Assembly: GCA_001004345.1 (NCBI GenBank)
Contig: LCQW01000005.1
Span: forward strand, 1-52,693
Reading direction: 5' to 3'
Source of the DNA: Candidatus Kaiserbacteria bacterium GW2011_GWA2_52_12
Lineage (GTDB): Bacteria; Patescibacteriota; Minisyncoccia; Phycocordibacterales; UBA2100
DNA: 52,693 nucleotides
The notes under the pieces were generated by a model that made no database searches, was not told where the DNA came from, and was given only the letters and a program-made list of their open reading frames with translations. Of this stretch, positions 39,930 to 49,850 are shown in pieces (the stretch's first letter is position 1; each line of letters begins with the position of its first letter). A program made the position numbers and the translations under genes.

Positions 39930-41225
39930 ATAGTTCATCGGATTGAGGTAGCCCGTAAGTGGTGTGACCGGCATGGTGGCGGCGGCGCACGGCGTTTTGG
40001 AATTAGTGGCTTCACCGAGCTTTAATATCTGCGTAGCAGATGTCACATATACGCCAAAATGCAGGTGCGGACCCGTCGCGTAGCCCGTCTCGCCGCTGTA
40101 GCCGAGCAATTCCCCCGTCGCGACCGTTTGTCCGGACGAAACGCCGATCTGTGAGAGGTGCGCATAGAGCGTGCTCAATCCATTGCCATGCTGGACCATC
40201 ACCCATTTTCCGAATGAATAGCAGCCGCGCACGCTGTCCGTGTTGCCGGTACCGATGATGGTGCCGGTAAGAGCAGCCTTGATCGGCGTACCGATAGAAG
40301 CTGCGATGTCTATGCCATTATGTCCCTTTCCGTTGTACGCACCGGCGGCCGCAAATTGCGTGTTGCCGAAATACTGTGTGATGCGGACAGCGTCGAGCGG
40401 CCACTGCAGGACCCCCTTCCCTGCCGGAGTGATCGTCGAAGGATCGACGACGAATTGCAGTTTTGTTTTGAGATTATTGAGCGCTTGCTCGAAGCTTTCT
40501 TTCGCTGCTTTCTTTTGCGCAAGAATGTTCTGGAAATTCGATTCGAGCCCTTTTGTTTCCGCGAGCAGATCGCTTTGCGCCTGTTTTTGAACGGTCAGAG
40601 TGCCCTGTTGCGCCACGAGTTTATTTTGCTGCCGCACGAGCTCCGCTTTTTTCGCCTCTGTCGCTTTTTTGGTATCAGCAAGCGATTGTTTTTCATCCGA
40701 GAGTTTGTCAATATTATTCTTGACTGCAGATTGCAAAGCGATCATCGAGTCGGCGTCGTCCCATGAAGCCGAGATGGAACCAGAAGAAAGTATCGATTGG
40801 ATAAGCGGCCTCGTTTCCGTTTCGTTGAGCCGACGGATGGATTCCGCGAGGCCAGCTTCACCGAGATTGATCGACTCTTGTTTGCCGGAGATGCTTTGTG
40901 AAAGTTGCTGTATCTCGAGCTGTGTCGCGTTGACCTTATTCTTGGTGAGCTTGACCTGCGAGGTCGTCTGTTTGATCTGTAAATCGAGCTGCGCAACGGT
41001 GTTCTGGAGTGTTTGTTTCTTGCTCGAAACCTGATTGAGCTGCGTTTGATACCGGTCTATCTCCTTATTCAGCATATCTATCTGCGAATTATGGTCGTCA
41101 ATCTGTTGCTGCAATTCCGCGGCTGTCTGTGCGAGAATTATAAACGGCATCGTGCATACTGCAATCGCAATGGCGAATAGGCATATCGATAGGAACAGGG
41201 CCGTAGTGTGCGTAAGCCCTCTCAT
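39924..41225 (-). CDS. M23 metallopeptidase with N-terminal coiled coil (murein hydrolase/EnvC-like)
   Basis: Signal/TM segment, long coiled coil, HNGIDIA, YAHLS, TGPHLHF; ATGA overlap with gltX. Confidence 0.9.
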   Translation of the reverse strand: MRGLTHTTALFLSICLFAIAIAVCTMPFIILAQTAAELQQQIDDHNSQIDMLNKEIDRYQTQLNQVSSKKQTLQNTVAQLDLQIKQTTSQVKLTKNKVNATQLEIQQLSQSISGKQESINLGEAGLAESIRRLNETETRPLIQSILSSGSISASWDDADSMIALQSAVKNNIDKLSDEKQSLADTKKATEAKKAELVRQQNKLVAQQGTLTVQKQAQSDLLAETKGLESNFQNILAQKKAAKESFEQALNNLKTKLQFVVDPSTITPAGKGVLQWPLDAVRITQYFGNTQFAAAGAYNGKGHNGIDIAASIGTPIKAALTGTIIGTGNTDSVRGCYSFGKWVMVQHGNGLSTLYAHLSQIGVSSGQTVATGELLGYSGETGYATGPHLHFGVYVTSATQILKLGEATNSKTPCAAATMPVTPLTGYLNPMNYL

Positions 41226-42571
41226 GATGCCGTTCCCAGTATTTTGATCGCTGCGTGCAGGCGTCTCTCGGCCGCTTCTTTGCCGATCACTGAAGCGATA
41301 AGCATGGGATCGGCGGAACGCTGTCGGCCGGAGAGCGCATATCTGAATGGCCAGAGGACGTCGCCGCGGCCGTTCGCCGTTGCGTACTCCCACACCGACC
41401 GTTTGATTATGTCAGGATTCTTGAAGTCAGCTTCGGAAATGCCTTGCAGCGTGTGGAGCATTGCTAATAGGTGTGCCGAAGCCGCCACTTTGTCGCCACC
41501 CGCATGGGGAATGTCCGCCGGCGATGGCCGCGGATCGTAAAAGAAATAATCGTATTCCCCTTCGTCTATCTGCTTGGTGATGTCTTGCCAGATACTGATA
41601 CGCTCGCGCAGCAATGGAAGCAGACGTACGGCGATTTTTTCATCCCACGTAAAACCGCGTGCTAGAGCGGCGGCTTTCAGAGTGGGAAGCGCACCTTTCC
41701 CGAATGTATCGTCACTCATTTTCTTGAGATATTCTTTGTTGAACCAGCGAAGTTTCTCGATGTTGAATATGGCGCCGCTTATCTGAACGTTCTCCAGTGT
41801 AAATTTTTCAACCAATTCCGGCATCGAATACAGTTCCTGATCGCCGCCTGGATTCCAGCCGAGGAGCGCGAGGTAATTGACGAACGCCTCGGCAAGGTAT
41901 CCTTCCACTTTGTATTGATTGACCGACACTGCGCCGTGCCGCTTCGAGAGTTTGGAGCGATCTGGTGCGAGGATGAGCGGTATGTGTGCATAGAGCGGAC
42001 GCGGAAACCCGAGCGCTTCGAGGATGAGTATCTGACGCGCGGTATTTGAGATATGGTCTTCGCCGCGGATGACGTGTGTGACACCCATTTCATAGTCGTC
42101 GATGACGACCGATAGGTGGTAGAGCGGATCTTTGATGCTCCTCGCGATAATGAAATCATCTAGCTCGGTCGTGTCGAACGAGATGTCGCCGCGAATGAGG
42201 TCGTTGAAAGTCATGGGGATGTTCGGATTCTTGAACCGGACGACTTTTTTATTTTGCTCGGTGTCGCTCGACTCCGCTTCGTACGCGAGCCCTTTCCCAA
42301 TGAGCTGTTCCAGATATTTTCGGTACGTATGCGTGCGTTCCGATTGTCGAAATACCCCGGGAAGTTCATAGGTGATGCCGAGCCATTGCAGGCCCTCGCG
42401 GATATCATCTTCGTATTCCCGCTTGCTTCGCGCGGTATCGGTATCTTCGAAACGGAGATACATTTTTCCTCCCGTATGTGCGGCAAAAAGATAATTGAAC
42501 AGCGCAGTGCGCGCGCTCCCAATGTGGAAGGAACCAGTCGGCGACGGAGGATAGCGGGTAATGACCGTCAT
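41222..42571 (-). CDS. gltX: Glutamate--tRNA ligase
   Basis: TRYPPSPTG..HIGS, RFEDTD, THVIRGEDH, KLSKR. Confidence 0.96.
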   Translation of the reverse strand: MTVITRYPPSPTGSFHIGSARTALFNYLFAAHTGGKMYLRFEDTDTARSKREYEDDIREGLQWLGITYELPGVFRQSERTHTYRKYLEQLIGKGLAYEAESSDTEQNKKVVRFKNPNIPMTFNDLIRGDISFDTTELDDFIIARSIKDPLYHLSVVIDDYEMGVTHVIRGEDHISNTARQILILEALGFPRPLYAHIPLILAPDRSKLSKRHGAVSVNQYKVEGYLAEAFVNYLALLGWNPGGDQELYSMPELVEKFTLENVQISGAIFNIEKLRWFNKEYLKKMSDDTFGKGALPTLKAAALARGFTWDEKIAVRLLPLLRERISIWQDITKQIDEGEYDYFFYDPRPSPADIPHAGGDKVAASAHLLAMLHTLQGISEADFKNPDIIKRSVWEYATANGRGDVLWPFRYALSGRQRSADPMLIASVIGKEAAERRLHAAIKILGTAS

Positions 42572-43710
42572 ACAGATTCGTGAGAAATAGCGGTGTCGAG
42601 CAGTATGGTAGCAATCTTTCGCGCGGCATCGGGGCGCGCATACAAGTGCGCTGCCTCGGCCATTTTTTTCTGGAGCGCTTTGTCGCCGATGATTCGATCG
42701 ATCTCCGCTTCCAAGACATGCGGCGTAAGGTTCTGCTGTTCGATAACGATCGCTGCGCCCGAGCGCGCATACGAGAACGCGTTCTCGGTCTGATCATGAG
42801 AGACGTCCTTGGGTATCGGGACCAAGATAGCGGGCTTCTCCCAGCTCGCAATTTCAAACACCGATCCGCTTCCCGCGCGTGCAATGATGACGGATGCCGC
42901 ACCGGCGGTCATTCGTAGCGCGAGCACATTGAGGAGTCCGAACGCCTTGTAGCGGTCTTTGTATTGCGAATCTTTGAGTACGACCGATGCGATATTGCTC
43001 ACGTCTTTGAGATTCACGGCTCCCGCTTGATGGACGACATTGTATTTGGTGACCAGATTGGCCAGCGCGTCGACGACGACTTCATTTATCGCGACGGAAC
43101 CCTGTGAGCCGCCCATGATGAACACGAGAGGCAATGAAGCGTTTAATTTCAGAAATTCATACCCGCCTTCTTTCGTGGGATGTTCGATCTCCTTGCGTAT
43201 CGGGTGGCCGACCCGCGCGATACGATCGCGGACTTTGGGAGGAAATTTATCTACGGCATCCGGATGCGCGATAGCGATACCGAGCGCAAAACGCGATGAC
43301 CAGAGTGACACGCGTCCCGGCAGCGAGTCGGCGTCGTAGATGATGGTGGGAATGCGGAGCAGCCGCGCGGCGTAGAGCGTGGGAAATGCGGCATACCCGC
43401 CCGTCGAAAAAACCACGTCGGGGTAGATGCGGAAGAGCTCGGATGTGGCCCGTATGATCCCCCACATGTTCAATAGTAAACTCAAGAAATTCAATATGCT
43501 CGGATACCGGCGCATTTTCCCTGCGGACACATTCACGAGCGTGATGTCGTGTTCCATGAGCGCTTGGCGGTCAAAAGCCGTCGAGCCGATGTAATATAAT
43601 TCGGGTTCAATGACGGTGCGTTCTTGACAAAGATCTTCCAGCGCTTCAGCGACGGCTATCAGAGGATAAAAATGTCCCCCCGTCCCCCCGCCTGTAAGCA
43701 CGATACGCAT
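42568..43710 (-). CDS. murG: Undecaprenyl-PP-MurNAc-pentapeptide GlcNAc transferase
   Basis: GGGTGGHFYP, TGGY, GHPIR, GGSQG, RAGS, HDQ..NA. Confidence 0.96.
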   Translation of the reverse strand: MRIVLTGGGTGGHFYPLIAVAEALEDLCQERTVIEPELYYIGSTAFDRQALMEHDITLVNVSAGKMRRYPSILNFLSLLLNMWGIIRATSELFRIYPDVVFSTGGYAAFPTLYAARLLRIPTIIYDADSLPGRVSLWSSRFALGIAIAHPDAVDKFPPKVRDRIARVGHPIRKEIEHPTKEGGYEFLKLNASLPLVFIMGGSQGSVAINEVVVDALANLVTKYNVVHQAGAVNLKDVSNIASVVLKDSQYKDRYKAFGLLNVLALRMTAGAASVIIARAGSGSVFEIASWEKPAILVPIPKDVSHDQTENAFSYARSGAAIVIEQQNLTPHVLEAEIDRIIGDKALQKKMAEAAHLYARPDAARKIATILLDTAISHESV

Positions 43711-43870
43711 TTCACCATTGTATCAAATGAGAGGGGGTGAGTGCAGCGAAGTGGTCGTAGACCGTGCCAAGCGCCAGCGACCAATTTTTCTTAGGGCTCT
43801 GCCCTTAGAAACAATGGAAGTACTCTTGTGGTGTAGGCGGCGGGTGCAAAAAAGTGAAGACCCCCGAACT

Positions 43871-44974
43871 CTACCTTCTGTTTCTTCGCCTCGAAATGTT
43901 GAGAAGGATACCGGCACTCGCAAGTGATGCGAGCATGGCGCTGCCGCCCTGGCTTATGAATGTGAGTGGGACACCGGTCAAGGGCGCGATGCCAAGCATT
44001 GCCGCTATATTGATGAATGCCTCGCTTGAAAGATAGGTGGCAATACCGACTGCCGCAAGCGCCCCGAAGAGATTCGGCGCACTTGAAGCGGTGGCGTATC
44101 CACGGAGCACAAGCGCAAGGAACAAGAGGACAAGGATCACGGAACCCACAAAACCCATTTCTTCGCCCACGACGGCAAAGATGGAATCTCCCATCGGTTC
44201 CGGCAAATAGGTGAATTTCTGCACACTTTGTCCGAATCCCCTTCCGGCCAATCCACCCGAACCGATGGCGATAAGTGATTGCTTGAGCTGGTACCCTTCC
44301 GCTTGCTGACCTTGCGCGGGATTAATAAATACCGCCACGCGATCCCATACATACGGCCTGAAAACGGCGAGCGTGCCGAGAGAGAGCAGGGCGATGCAGA
44401 GGACAAGTCCGATGTCCCGCCACCTCGCGCCCGCCGCGAAAAAGACGGCGAACGTCGCTATGGTAATAATACCGAGCGTTCCGAGGTCGGGCTGCAGGAG
44501 AAGTATCAGCGTGGGGCCGGCCATGATGGCGAGAAATCCCAGTAGTCCATAGGTGAGCGTCGCTGCGCGGCCGCGAATGGCGGCAAAATACGCGGCGGCC
44601 ATGAGTACCGTTGCTATTTTCAAGGCTTCGGATGGTTGGATGGTCATACCCGCGAGCGAGAGCCAACGTTTGCCGCCGCCGTGTTCCATGCCGAGATGCG
44701 GAATGAAAACAAGCGCGGTCGCTATCAATGCTGTAATGTATATATATGGTGCGATCTTTCGCCACTGATTGTAATCGATGAAACAGAGGGTGATGAGCAG
44801 TACGATGCCAACTCCCCCGCCCAAGACTAAGTGATTGAATGCGACCGAGGTGACATTGGTCGCGCCTCTGCCGAGAAAGCCGAGCGCGGCGGACGCAAAA
44901 ATAAAAAGTCCCGATATGATCAGTATCGCGATCAAACTCGCGAGCACGGCATCGATGTGTGCGCCTCTCCGCAT
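43871..44974 (-). CDS. ftsW: SEDS-family peptidoglycan polymerase FtsW
   Basis: KRWL, QPSEALK, QPDLGT, LPEPMGDSIFAVVGEEMG, ISQGGS; between mraY and murG. Confidence 0.92.
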   Translation of the reverse strand: MRRGAHIDAVLASLIAILIISGLFIFASAALGFLGRGATNVTSVAFNHLVLGGGVGIVLLITLCFIDYNQWRKIAPYIYITALIATALVFIPHLGMEHGGGKRWLSLAGMTIQPSEALKIATVLMAAAYFAAIRGRAATLTYGLLGFLAIMAGPTLILLLQPDLGTLGIITIATFAVFFAAGARWRDIGLVLCIALLSLGTLAVFRPYVWDRVAVFINPAQGQQAEGYQLKQSLIAIGSGGLAGRGFGQSVQKFTYLPEPMGDSIFAVVGEEMGFVGSVILVLLFLALVLRGYATASSAPNLFGALAAVGIATYLSSEAFINIAAMLGIAPLTGVPLTFISQGGSAMLASLASAGILLNISRRRNRR

Positions 44975-44975
44975 G

Positions 44976-46037
44976 TTAATTGGCAGCTACCGCGAGGATA
45001 ACTCCCGCACAGGCAAGTACAATGGAGAGCACCCAGTAGCGCATAACCACTTTGTATCCCGGCCAGCCGATAGCTTCAAAATGATGATGCAAAGGCGCCA
45101 CGCGCAGAAGTTTTCTACCGAATAATTTTTTGAAAATGACTTGCGCGATATTCGAAGCGACCGTAACGACGAGCAATCCGCCGACTATCGGCAATACCGC
45201 GATCCCCACGCCGCTGCCGTGGTTGTTGGTCATGAACGCGACGACGGCGAGCGTGAGTGTGAGACCCATCGTGCCGGTGTCCGACATATAGAATCGCGCC
45301 GGCGGGATGTTGAACCACAGGAATGCGAGGAGGCCGCCGACAATCGCAGCGCAGAATGCCGCGAGGTCAATTTGGTTCTGTGAAAAAGCGATGATGGCGT
45401 ACGCCGCGAATATGGAGCCAAATACACCACCGGAGAGGCCGTCAATTCCGTCGATAACGCCGGAGGCATAGAGCGCGAGCGACGTGATGACGAAAAGCAC
45501 GATGACGAGCCAGCCAATCTGCACCGGCGCAAAAAATGGAATACCGATCGCGCTTACTCCGAGCTTGTCATAGAACCACCAGCCGATGAAGGTGGAAATG
45601 ATGACAACAAAAAGAAGTCGGTATCGAAGGCGCATACCTTCTCCCGATTCGCGAATGACCATGAGGTCGTCGAGGAGCCCGATTATCGCTCCGATCGCGA
45701 GCGTCGCGAGCGGTATCCACGTTTGGCTGCGACTCAAAAAATTTATAGTATCGAGAGTAGCGGATGTCGTCAGGGATGCCAGAAATGCCACACCGAGCGT
45801 GGTGATAAGCACGCTTGCCCACACAATAATGCCGCCCATGCGCGGCGCGCGCGTCTCTTGCACCTCGTGAAGTCGATTAAACTCTAGCGCCACCGAACCG
45901 TCGAGTGCGAGCTTGCCAGATTTTTTCTTCCACATCTTGTGCTTGTAGAGGTAGTGCGTGAGTAACGGAGTGATGGCCATACCGACGATAAATGCCATCG
46001 CGGCGGGTATCAATACTCGAATAACTTCCGGTACCAT
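44976..46037 (-). CDS. mraY: Phospho-MurNAc-pentapeptide transferase
   Basis: PRMGG, GLLDD, DGIDGL, FNIPPARFYMSDTG, APLHHHFE. Confidence 0.95.
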   Translation of the reverse strand: MVPEVIRVLIPAAMAFIVGMAITPLLTHYLYKHKMWKKKSGKLALDGSVALEFNRLHEVQETRAPRMGGIIVWASVLITTLGVAFLASLTTSATLDTINFLSRSQTWIPLATLAIGAIIGLLDDLMVIRESGEGMRLRYRLLFVVIISTFIGWWFYDKLGVSAIGIPFFAPVQIGWLVIVLFVITSLALYASGVIDGIDGLSGGVFGSIFAAYAIIAFSQNQIDLAAFCAAIVGGLLAFLWFNIPPARFYMSDTGTMGLTLTLAVVAFMTNNHGSGVGIAVLPIVGGLLVVTVASNIAQVIFKKLFGRKLLRVAPLHHHFEAIGWPGYKVVMRYWVLSIVLACAGVILAVAAN

Positions 46038-46052
46038 GGCTCTATTGTACGG

Positions 46053-46076
46053 CTTGCCATGAGCTTCGTCGAACGG
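46053..46076 (-). repeat. Short repeat, family B
   Basis: cttgccatgagcttcgtcgaacgg vs cttgccctgagctgggtcgaaggg at 48405. Confidence 0.7.
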
Positions 46077-46110
46077 CTTTTTGCCCGTTATGCCAAAGTC
46101 GCCGTGCGTT

Positions 46111-47088
46111 TCAGTTTTCGGCGCTGGCGGTTACTTGGGCGGCGGTGACTAATTTTTTGATGTCGGCGAAGCGGCCGTCGACAGTCGAGCCGAGGACGAT
46201 GGCGACGACAGAATGCTCCGGTGCGATATCAAAAACGACCGCGAGGTTGCCGCCGGCGAGATCGGTGAGACCGGTTTTTCCCATGGTAAGGCCGGGGATG
46301 TCGCCTATTGCCTCATCAGTGTTCGAGCCGGATATTTTTTTGCCGTTAAGTGATGTAAAGGTGACGTTGTCTTCCTTCGTACTGGTAAATAATTGCGCGT
46401 CGTTCGTCGCAGCATAGGCGAAAAGTCGGGCGACGTCGCTGGCACTACCGTACGCGCCGGATTCCGTGGTGGAGAGATCGAGGCCGCTCACATTGAGAAA
46501 GTAGGTGTGCACAAGACCGAGCGATTGCGCGAAGTCGTTCATGCGCCAGAGCGTCGCGCGCTCATCCGCCTGCGGATATTTTGCTGCAATGAGTGAGTTG
46601 GCGGCGCTGGCGAGTATTTCCGCTCCTCCGTTGTTCGAAGCGGCGAGCGTGTAATCGAGTATGTCGCGCATACGCCACGTGTCACCTGTTTGGAACGGTG
46701 CGAGCGATATATTGGAAGCGACGCTGTACGGGACGGTGACCATGGAGGAACTCCCCAGCACTTCAGAGATGACGAGCGCAAGCGGGACTTTTGTGAGCGA
46801 GGCGAGCGGTAATTGCACAGTAGGATTTTTAACGAACAGGACCGTGCCCGTCTGCATGTCGAGGACGTATGCGCTTTTTGCGACGAGAGTTATATCAGCG
46901 AACGCGGAGGCTGGTTTCCATGTTATCGCCACGAGGGCGGCGCCGGCTTGCGATTGCTTTGAAGGCGGATTTGGTATGGTCATCGCAAATACGATAAGCG
47001 TGATGGCAAGTAAAAAAAGCGCGATCATCGTGAGACCGGCGATTTTTTTTCTCTGTGGCTGTGTGCAGGTCTCAACCGCCCTCGCCAT
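46111..47088 (-). CDS. D-Ala-D-Ala carboxypeptidase (peptidase S11)
   Basis: N-terminal TM; ASLTK, SNN, KTG motifs; start uncertain (47088 or 47115). Confidence 0.88.
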   Translation of the reverse strand: MARAVETCTQPQRKKIAGLTMIALFLLAITLIVFAMTIPNPPSKQSQAGAALVAITWKPASAFADITLVAKSAYVLDMQTGTVLFVKNPTVQLPLASLTKVPLALVISEVLGSSSMVTVPYSVASNISLAPFQTGDTWRMRDILDYTLAASNNGGAEILASAANSLIAAKYPQADERATLWRMNDFAQSLGLVHTYFLNVSGLDLSTTESGAYGSASDVARLFAYAATNDAQLFTSTKEDNVTFTSLNGKKISGSNTDEAIGDIPGLTMGKTGLTDLAGGNLAVVFDIAPEHSVVAIVLGSTVDGRFADIKKLVTAAQVTASAEN

Positions 47089-47671
47089 CGAGCATTGAAT
47101 TGGTGGTGCTTGCATGTTCTTGAAATGGACCGCTCTTTTGTTCAAAGACGGCCAGTTCATTTGAGATTTTAGCATAATCGGGCAATTCTGCGGGCGTGCG
47201 GACACCGAGATGTGCGAGCAGCTCCACGGTCGGTCGGTAAAGGAATTCACGCCCGTCTTCGGGATTGCCAGTGCGTTCTATGAGGCCGCGCGAGAGGAGT
47301 GTGCGCATTGTCGAGCTTGTGTTGACGCCGCGAATGTAATCTATCTGCGAACGCGTTGAAGCGCCGCGGTAGAGAAGGATCGCGAGGACTTCGAGTCCGG
47401 CATCGCCTATCTCGCGTCCAAATTCAAGCTCGTATGCCGTTTTTATTTCTTCGGAAGTTTCCGGCGAGACGACGAGTGATACCTCGGTATCTGTTTCTAT
47501 CAGACTTACTCCCCTGCCGTCGATGTGTTTCGTTAATGCAGCGAGTGCGTGTCGCAATTCCTCATCTTTTACATTGAGAAGTCGGCAGAGTTTTTTGCGC
47601 GTCAGAGAACCGCCCTCGGAGAAGAGAAAACTTTCTGCGCGTGCTGCGAGGTCGGGTTTGTTTTTATCCAT
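47072..47671 (-). CDS. scpB: SMC-Scp complex subunit ScpB
   Basis: AESFLF, LEVLAILLY..TRSQIDYIRGVN..LLSRGLI; follows scpA. Confidence 0.94.
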   Translation of the reverse strand: MDKNKPDLAARAESFLFSEGGSLTRKKLCRLLNVKDEELRHALAALTKHIDGRGVSLIETDTEVSLVVSPETSEEIKTAYELEFGREIGDAGLEVLAILLYRGASTRSQIDYIRGVNTSSTMRTLLSRGLIERTGNPEDGREFLYRPTVELLAHLGVRTPAELPDYAKISNELAVFEQKSGPFQEHASTTNSMLDGEGG

Positions 47672-48389
47672 ATTTTGGTGCACCCATGTGCTCGGCTTCG
47701 ATGGTGATTTCCTCAAATAATTTTTCTTGCGTCGCACTTACCGATCCGTTGCGTACAAGCTCAAGCATTGCCAAAAAGTATACGATACGTTCGTGTTTGT
47801 CGGAACTTTTCGTAAGCTCACTAAAGCGGGTGCGCAGCGCCTTCGTGAGCCTGCTCTTCAGGCGCACAATGATGTCCTCAAGCGCCAAAATGGGTGCAAC
47901 CACTGCTTCTGCGAGTGCTTCCGGCTTTGGGAGCAGGCTTAGCATGCGCATGGCCACCGAGGCGATGATAGCAACACTGGATTCTCCCGGATTGAAAATG
48001 GCGGGACGGGTGGGGCCGCGCCTCGCGAATATGAGCGGCGCTCTTCCCCACTCGCGGCGCAGCATTTTCGCGATTTTTCGATAGAGCGCGTAGCGTGCGA
48101 GCCGTCGCTCGAGCTCTTCGACGCTCTCGCGCTCATCTTCAGAGAGTTGCAGCATTGGCAGGAGTGTGCGCGATTTGATGAGCAGCAGCGTCGAAGCGAC
48201 GAGGATGAATTGCGCCGTCTCGCCGAGCGGCATCTCCGGCAATTTTTCGACATAGGCAAGATACGAATCGGTCACTTCCGAGAGCGACACTTCCGAGACC
48301 GACATCTTGCGCGCCTCTATCAAATTGAGCAGCGCCTCGAGCGGGCCCTGGAATTTTTCCGTAGAAATACTGAAATTCTGGTCGATCAT
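47664..48389 (-). CDS. scpA: Segregation and condensation protein A
   Basis: FQGPLEALLNLI, ASTLLLIKSR.LLP, FLAMLEL, QEKLFEEI. Confidence 0.94.
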   Translation of the reverse strand: MIDQNFSISTEKFQGPLEALLNLIEARKMSVSEVSLSEVTDSYLAYVEKLPEMPLGETAQFILVASTLLLIKSRTLLPMLQLSEDERESVEELERRLARYALYRKIAKMLRREWGRAPLIFARRGPTRPAIFNPGESSVAIIASVAMRMLSLLPKPEALAEAVVAPILALEDIIVRLKSRLTKALRTRFSELTKSSDKHERIVYFLAMLELVRNGSVSATQEKLFEEITIEAEHMGAPKYG

Positions 48390-48404
48390 TTTATAGTGAG
48401 CTTA

Positions 48405-48428
48405 CTTGCCCTGAGCTGGGTCGAAGGG
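48405..48428 (-). repeat. Short repeat, family B
   Basis: Reverse complement cccttcgacccagctcagggcaag begins immediately after the aspS stop. Confidence 0.7.
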
Positions 48429-49850
48429 TCATTTTTTTACCTTTTTGATTTCGATACCAAGCTCATCCAGCTGCTTTTTGGACACTTCTGTCGGAGCTCC
48501 CATGAGAAGATCCTTACCCTCACCCGTTTTTGCGAACGCGATGACTTCACGGATGTTGGGCTGATTTTCCAATATCATGACGATACGGTCCACCCCCGGT
48601 GCGAATCCGCCGTGCGGCGGGGTGCCAAATTTGAATGCCTCGAGCATATGCCCAAATTTTTTCTGCTGTTCCTCCTCGGTAATACCCAAGAGGTCGAATA
48701 CCTGTTTTTGCTCTGCTGCATTGTGGATACGTATCGATCCCGACGAAAGTTCGTAGCCGTTCAAAACGAGGTCGTATGAATTGGCACGGATGGACATGAG
48801 GTCGGTGCCCGACATGAATTTTCCTCTGTCTTCTGGGTGTACCGAGCAGAATGGGTGATGCGCCGCCTGCAGCTTTCCCTCGTCGTTCTTCTCGAACATC
48901 GGAAATTCGGTTATCCAGGCGAACGCAAGCTCGTCTTTGTCATTTTTATCCTTGCGAAGGTCCGGTTTGTCATTGCCATGCTGCTTCACGGATTCCGCAA
49001 AGGTGAGGCGCGGGAACGGTGTTTGCGTGATGTGCTTGTGCGGATAGAGGGCCGCGATGAGTTCGATGAACATCTTTTCCGTATACGCGAGCACGTCCTC
49101 TTGTGTGACGAACGACATCTCAAAGTCGAGCTGGGTGAATTCCGGCTGCCGGTCGCCGCGCGTATCTTCGTCGCGCATGCACCGCGCTATCTGGAAATAT
49201 CGCTCGAATCCGGCGACCATGAGGAGTTGTTTGAATTGTTGCGGCGACTGCGGGAGCACGTAGAATTTGCCCTTTTCGAGACGCGACGGAATGATGTATT
49301 CACGCGAGCCTTCCGGTGTCCCTTTCATCATGATGGGCGTCTCTACTTCCACGAAGCCATTTTTGTGCATGTGCTCGCGGAAAAACGTGATTATCTTGTC
49401 GCGCATGCGGATATTGCGCTGCATGCGGGGGCTTCGAAGGTCGAGATAGCGATACTTCAAGCGGACATCTTCATTGACGGCGAGTGTGTCGTCCACGACC
49501 TCGAACGGGAGTGCGAGCGATGTGTTGAGGATTTCTATCGTGTCCAAACAAAGTTCGATGTCGCCGTTCGCCTTACCCTCATCGATATTCTTTTCGGGCC
49601 GGTTGTTCACCATACCGGTCATCGCCACGACGAATTCACGATTTGCCTCTTTGGCCGCTTCTATCGCCGCGCTTTTCGGCAAGGCGACGGCTTGTACGGT
49701 GCCTGTCATGTCGCGGACATCAAAAAAGACCATTTTGCCCTGATCGCGCCGCACGGAGACCCATCCCATAATGGTAATGGTCTCGTCAACGTGTTTCTTC
49801 AAGTCGCCTATGTATGTTCGTTGCATAAAATTAATGGTTTCGTAAACCAT
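48429..49850 (-). CDS. aspS: Aspartate--tRNA ligase (short form without GAD insertion domain)
   Basis: RLKYRYLDLR, LPQSPQQFKQ, RDEDTRGDRQPEFTQLD, PPHGG; start 49850 (TAATG overlap) or 49826. Confidence 0.96.
   Translation of the reverse strand: MVYETINFMQRTYIGDLKKHVDETITIMGWVSVRRDQGKMVFFDVRDMTGTVQAVALPKSAAIEAAKEANREFVVAMTGMVNNRPEKNIDEGKANGDIELCLDTIEILNTSLALPFEVVDDTLAVNEDVRLKYRYLDLRSPRMQRNIRMRDKIITFFREHMHKNGFVEVETPIMMKGTPEGSREYIIPSRLEKGKFYVLPQSPQQFKQLLMVAGFERYFQIARCMRDEDTRGDRQPEFTQLDFEMSFVTQEDVLAYTEKMFIELIAALYPHKHITQTPFPRLTFAESVKQHGNDKPDLRKDKNDKDELAFAWITEFPMFEKNDEGKLQAAHHPFCSVHPEDRGKFMSGTDLMSIRANSYDLVLNGYELSSGSIRIHNAAEQKQVFDLLGITEEEQQKKFGHMLEAFKFGTPPHGGFAPGVDRIVMILENQPNIREVIAFAKTGEGKDLLMGAPTEVSKKQLDELGIEIKKVKK

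Noticed and set aside
39920-39930. Strand switch from mostly + to all - genes as a replication terminus
   Set aside because: Can be explained by convergent operons; no dif site recognised and skew cannot be computed.
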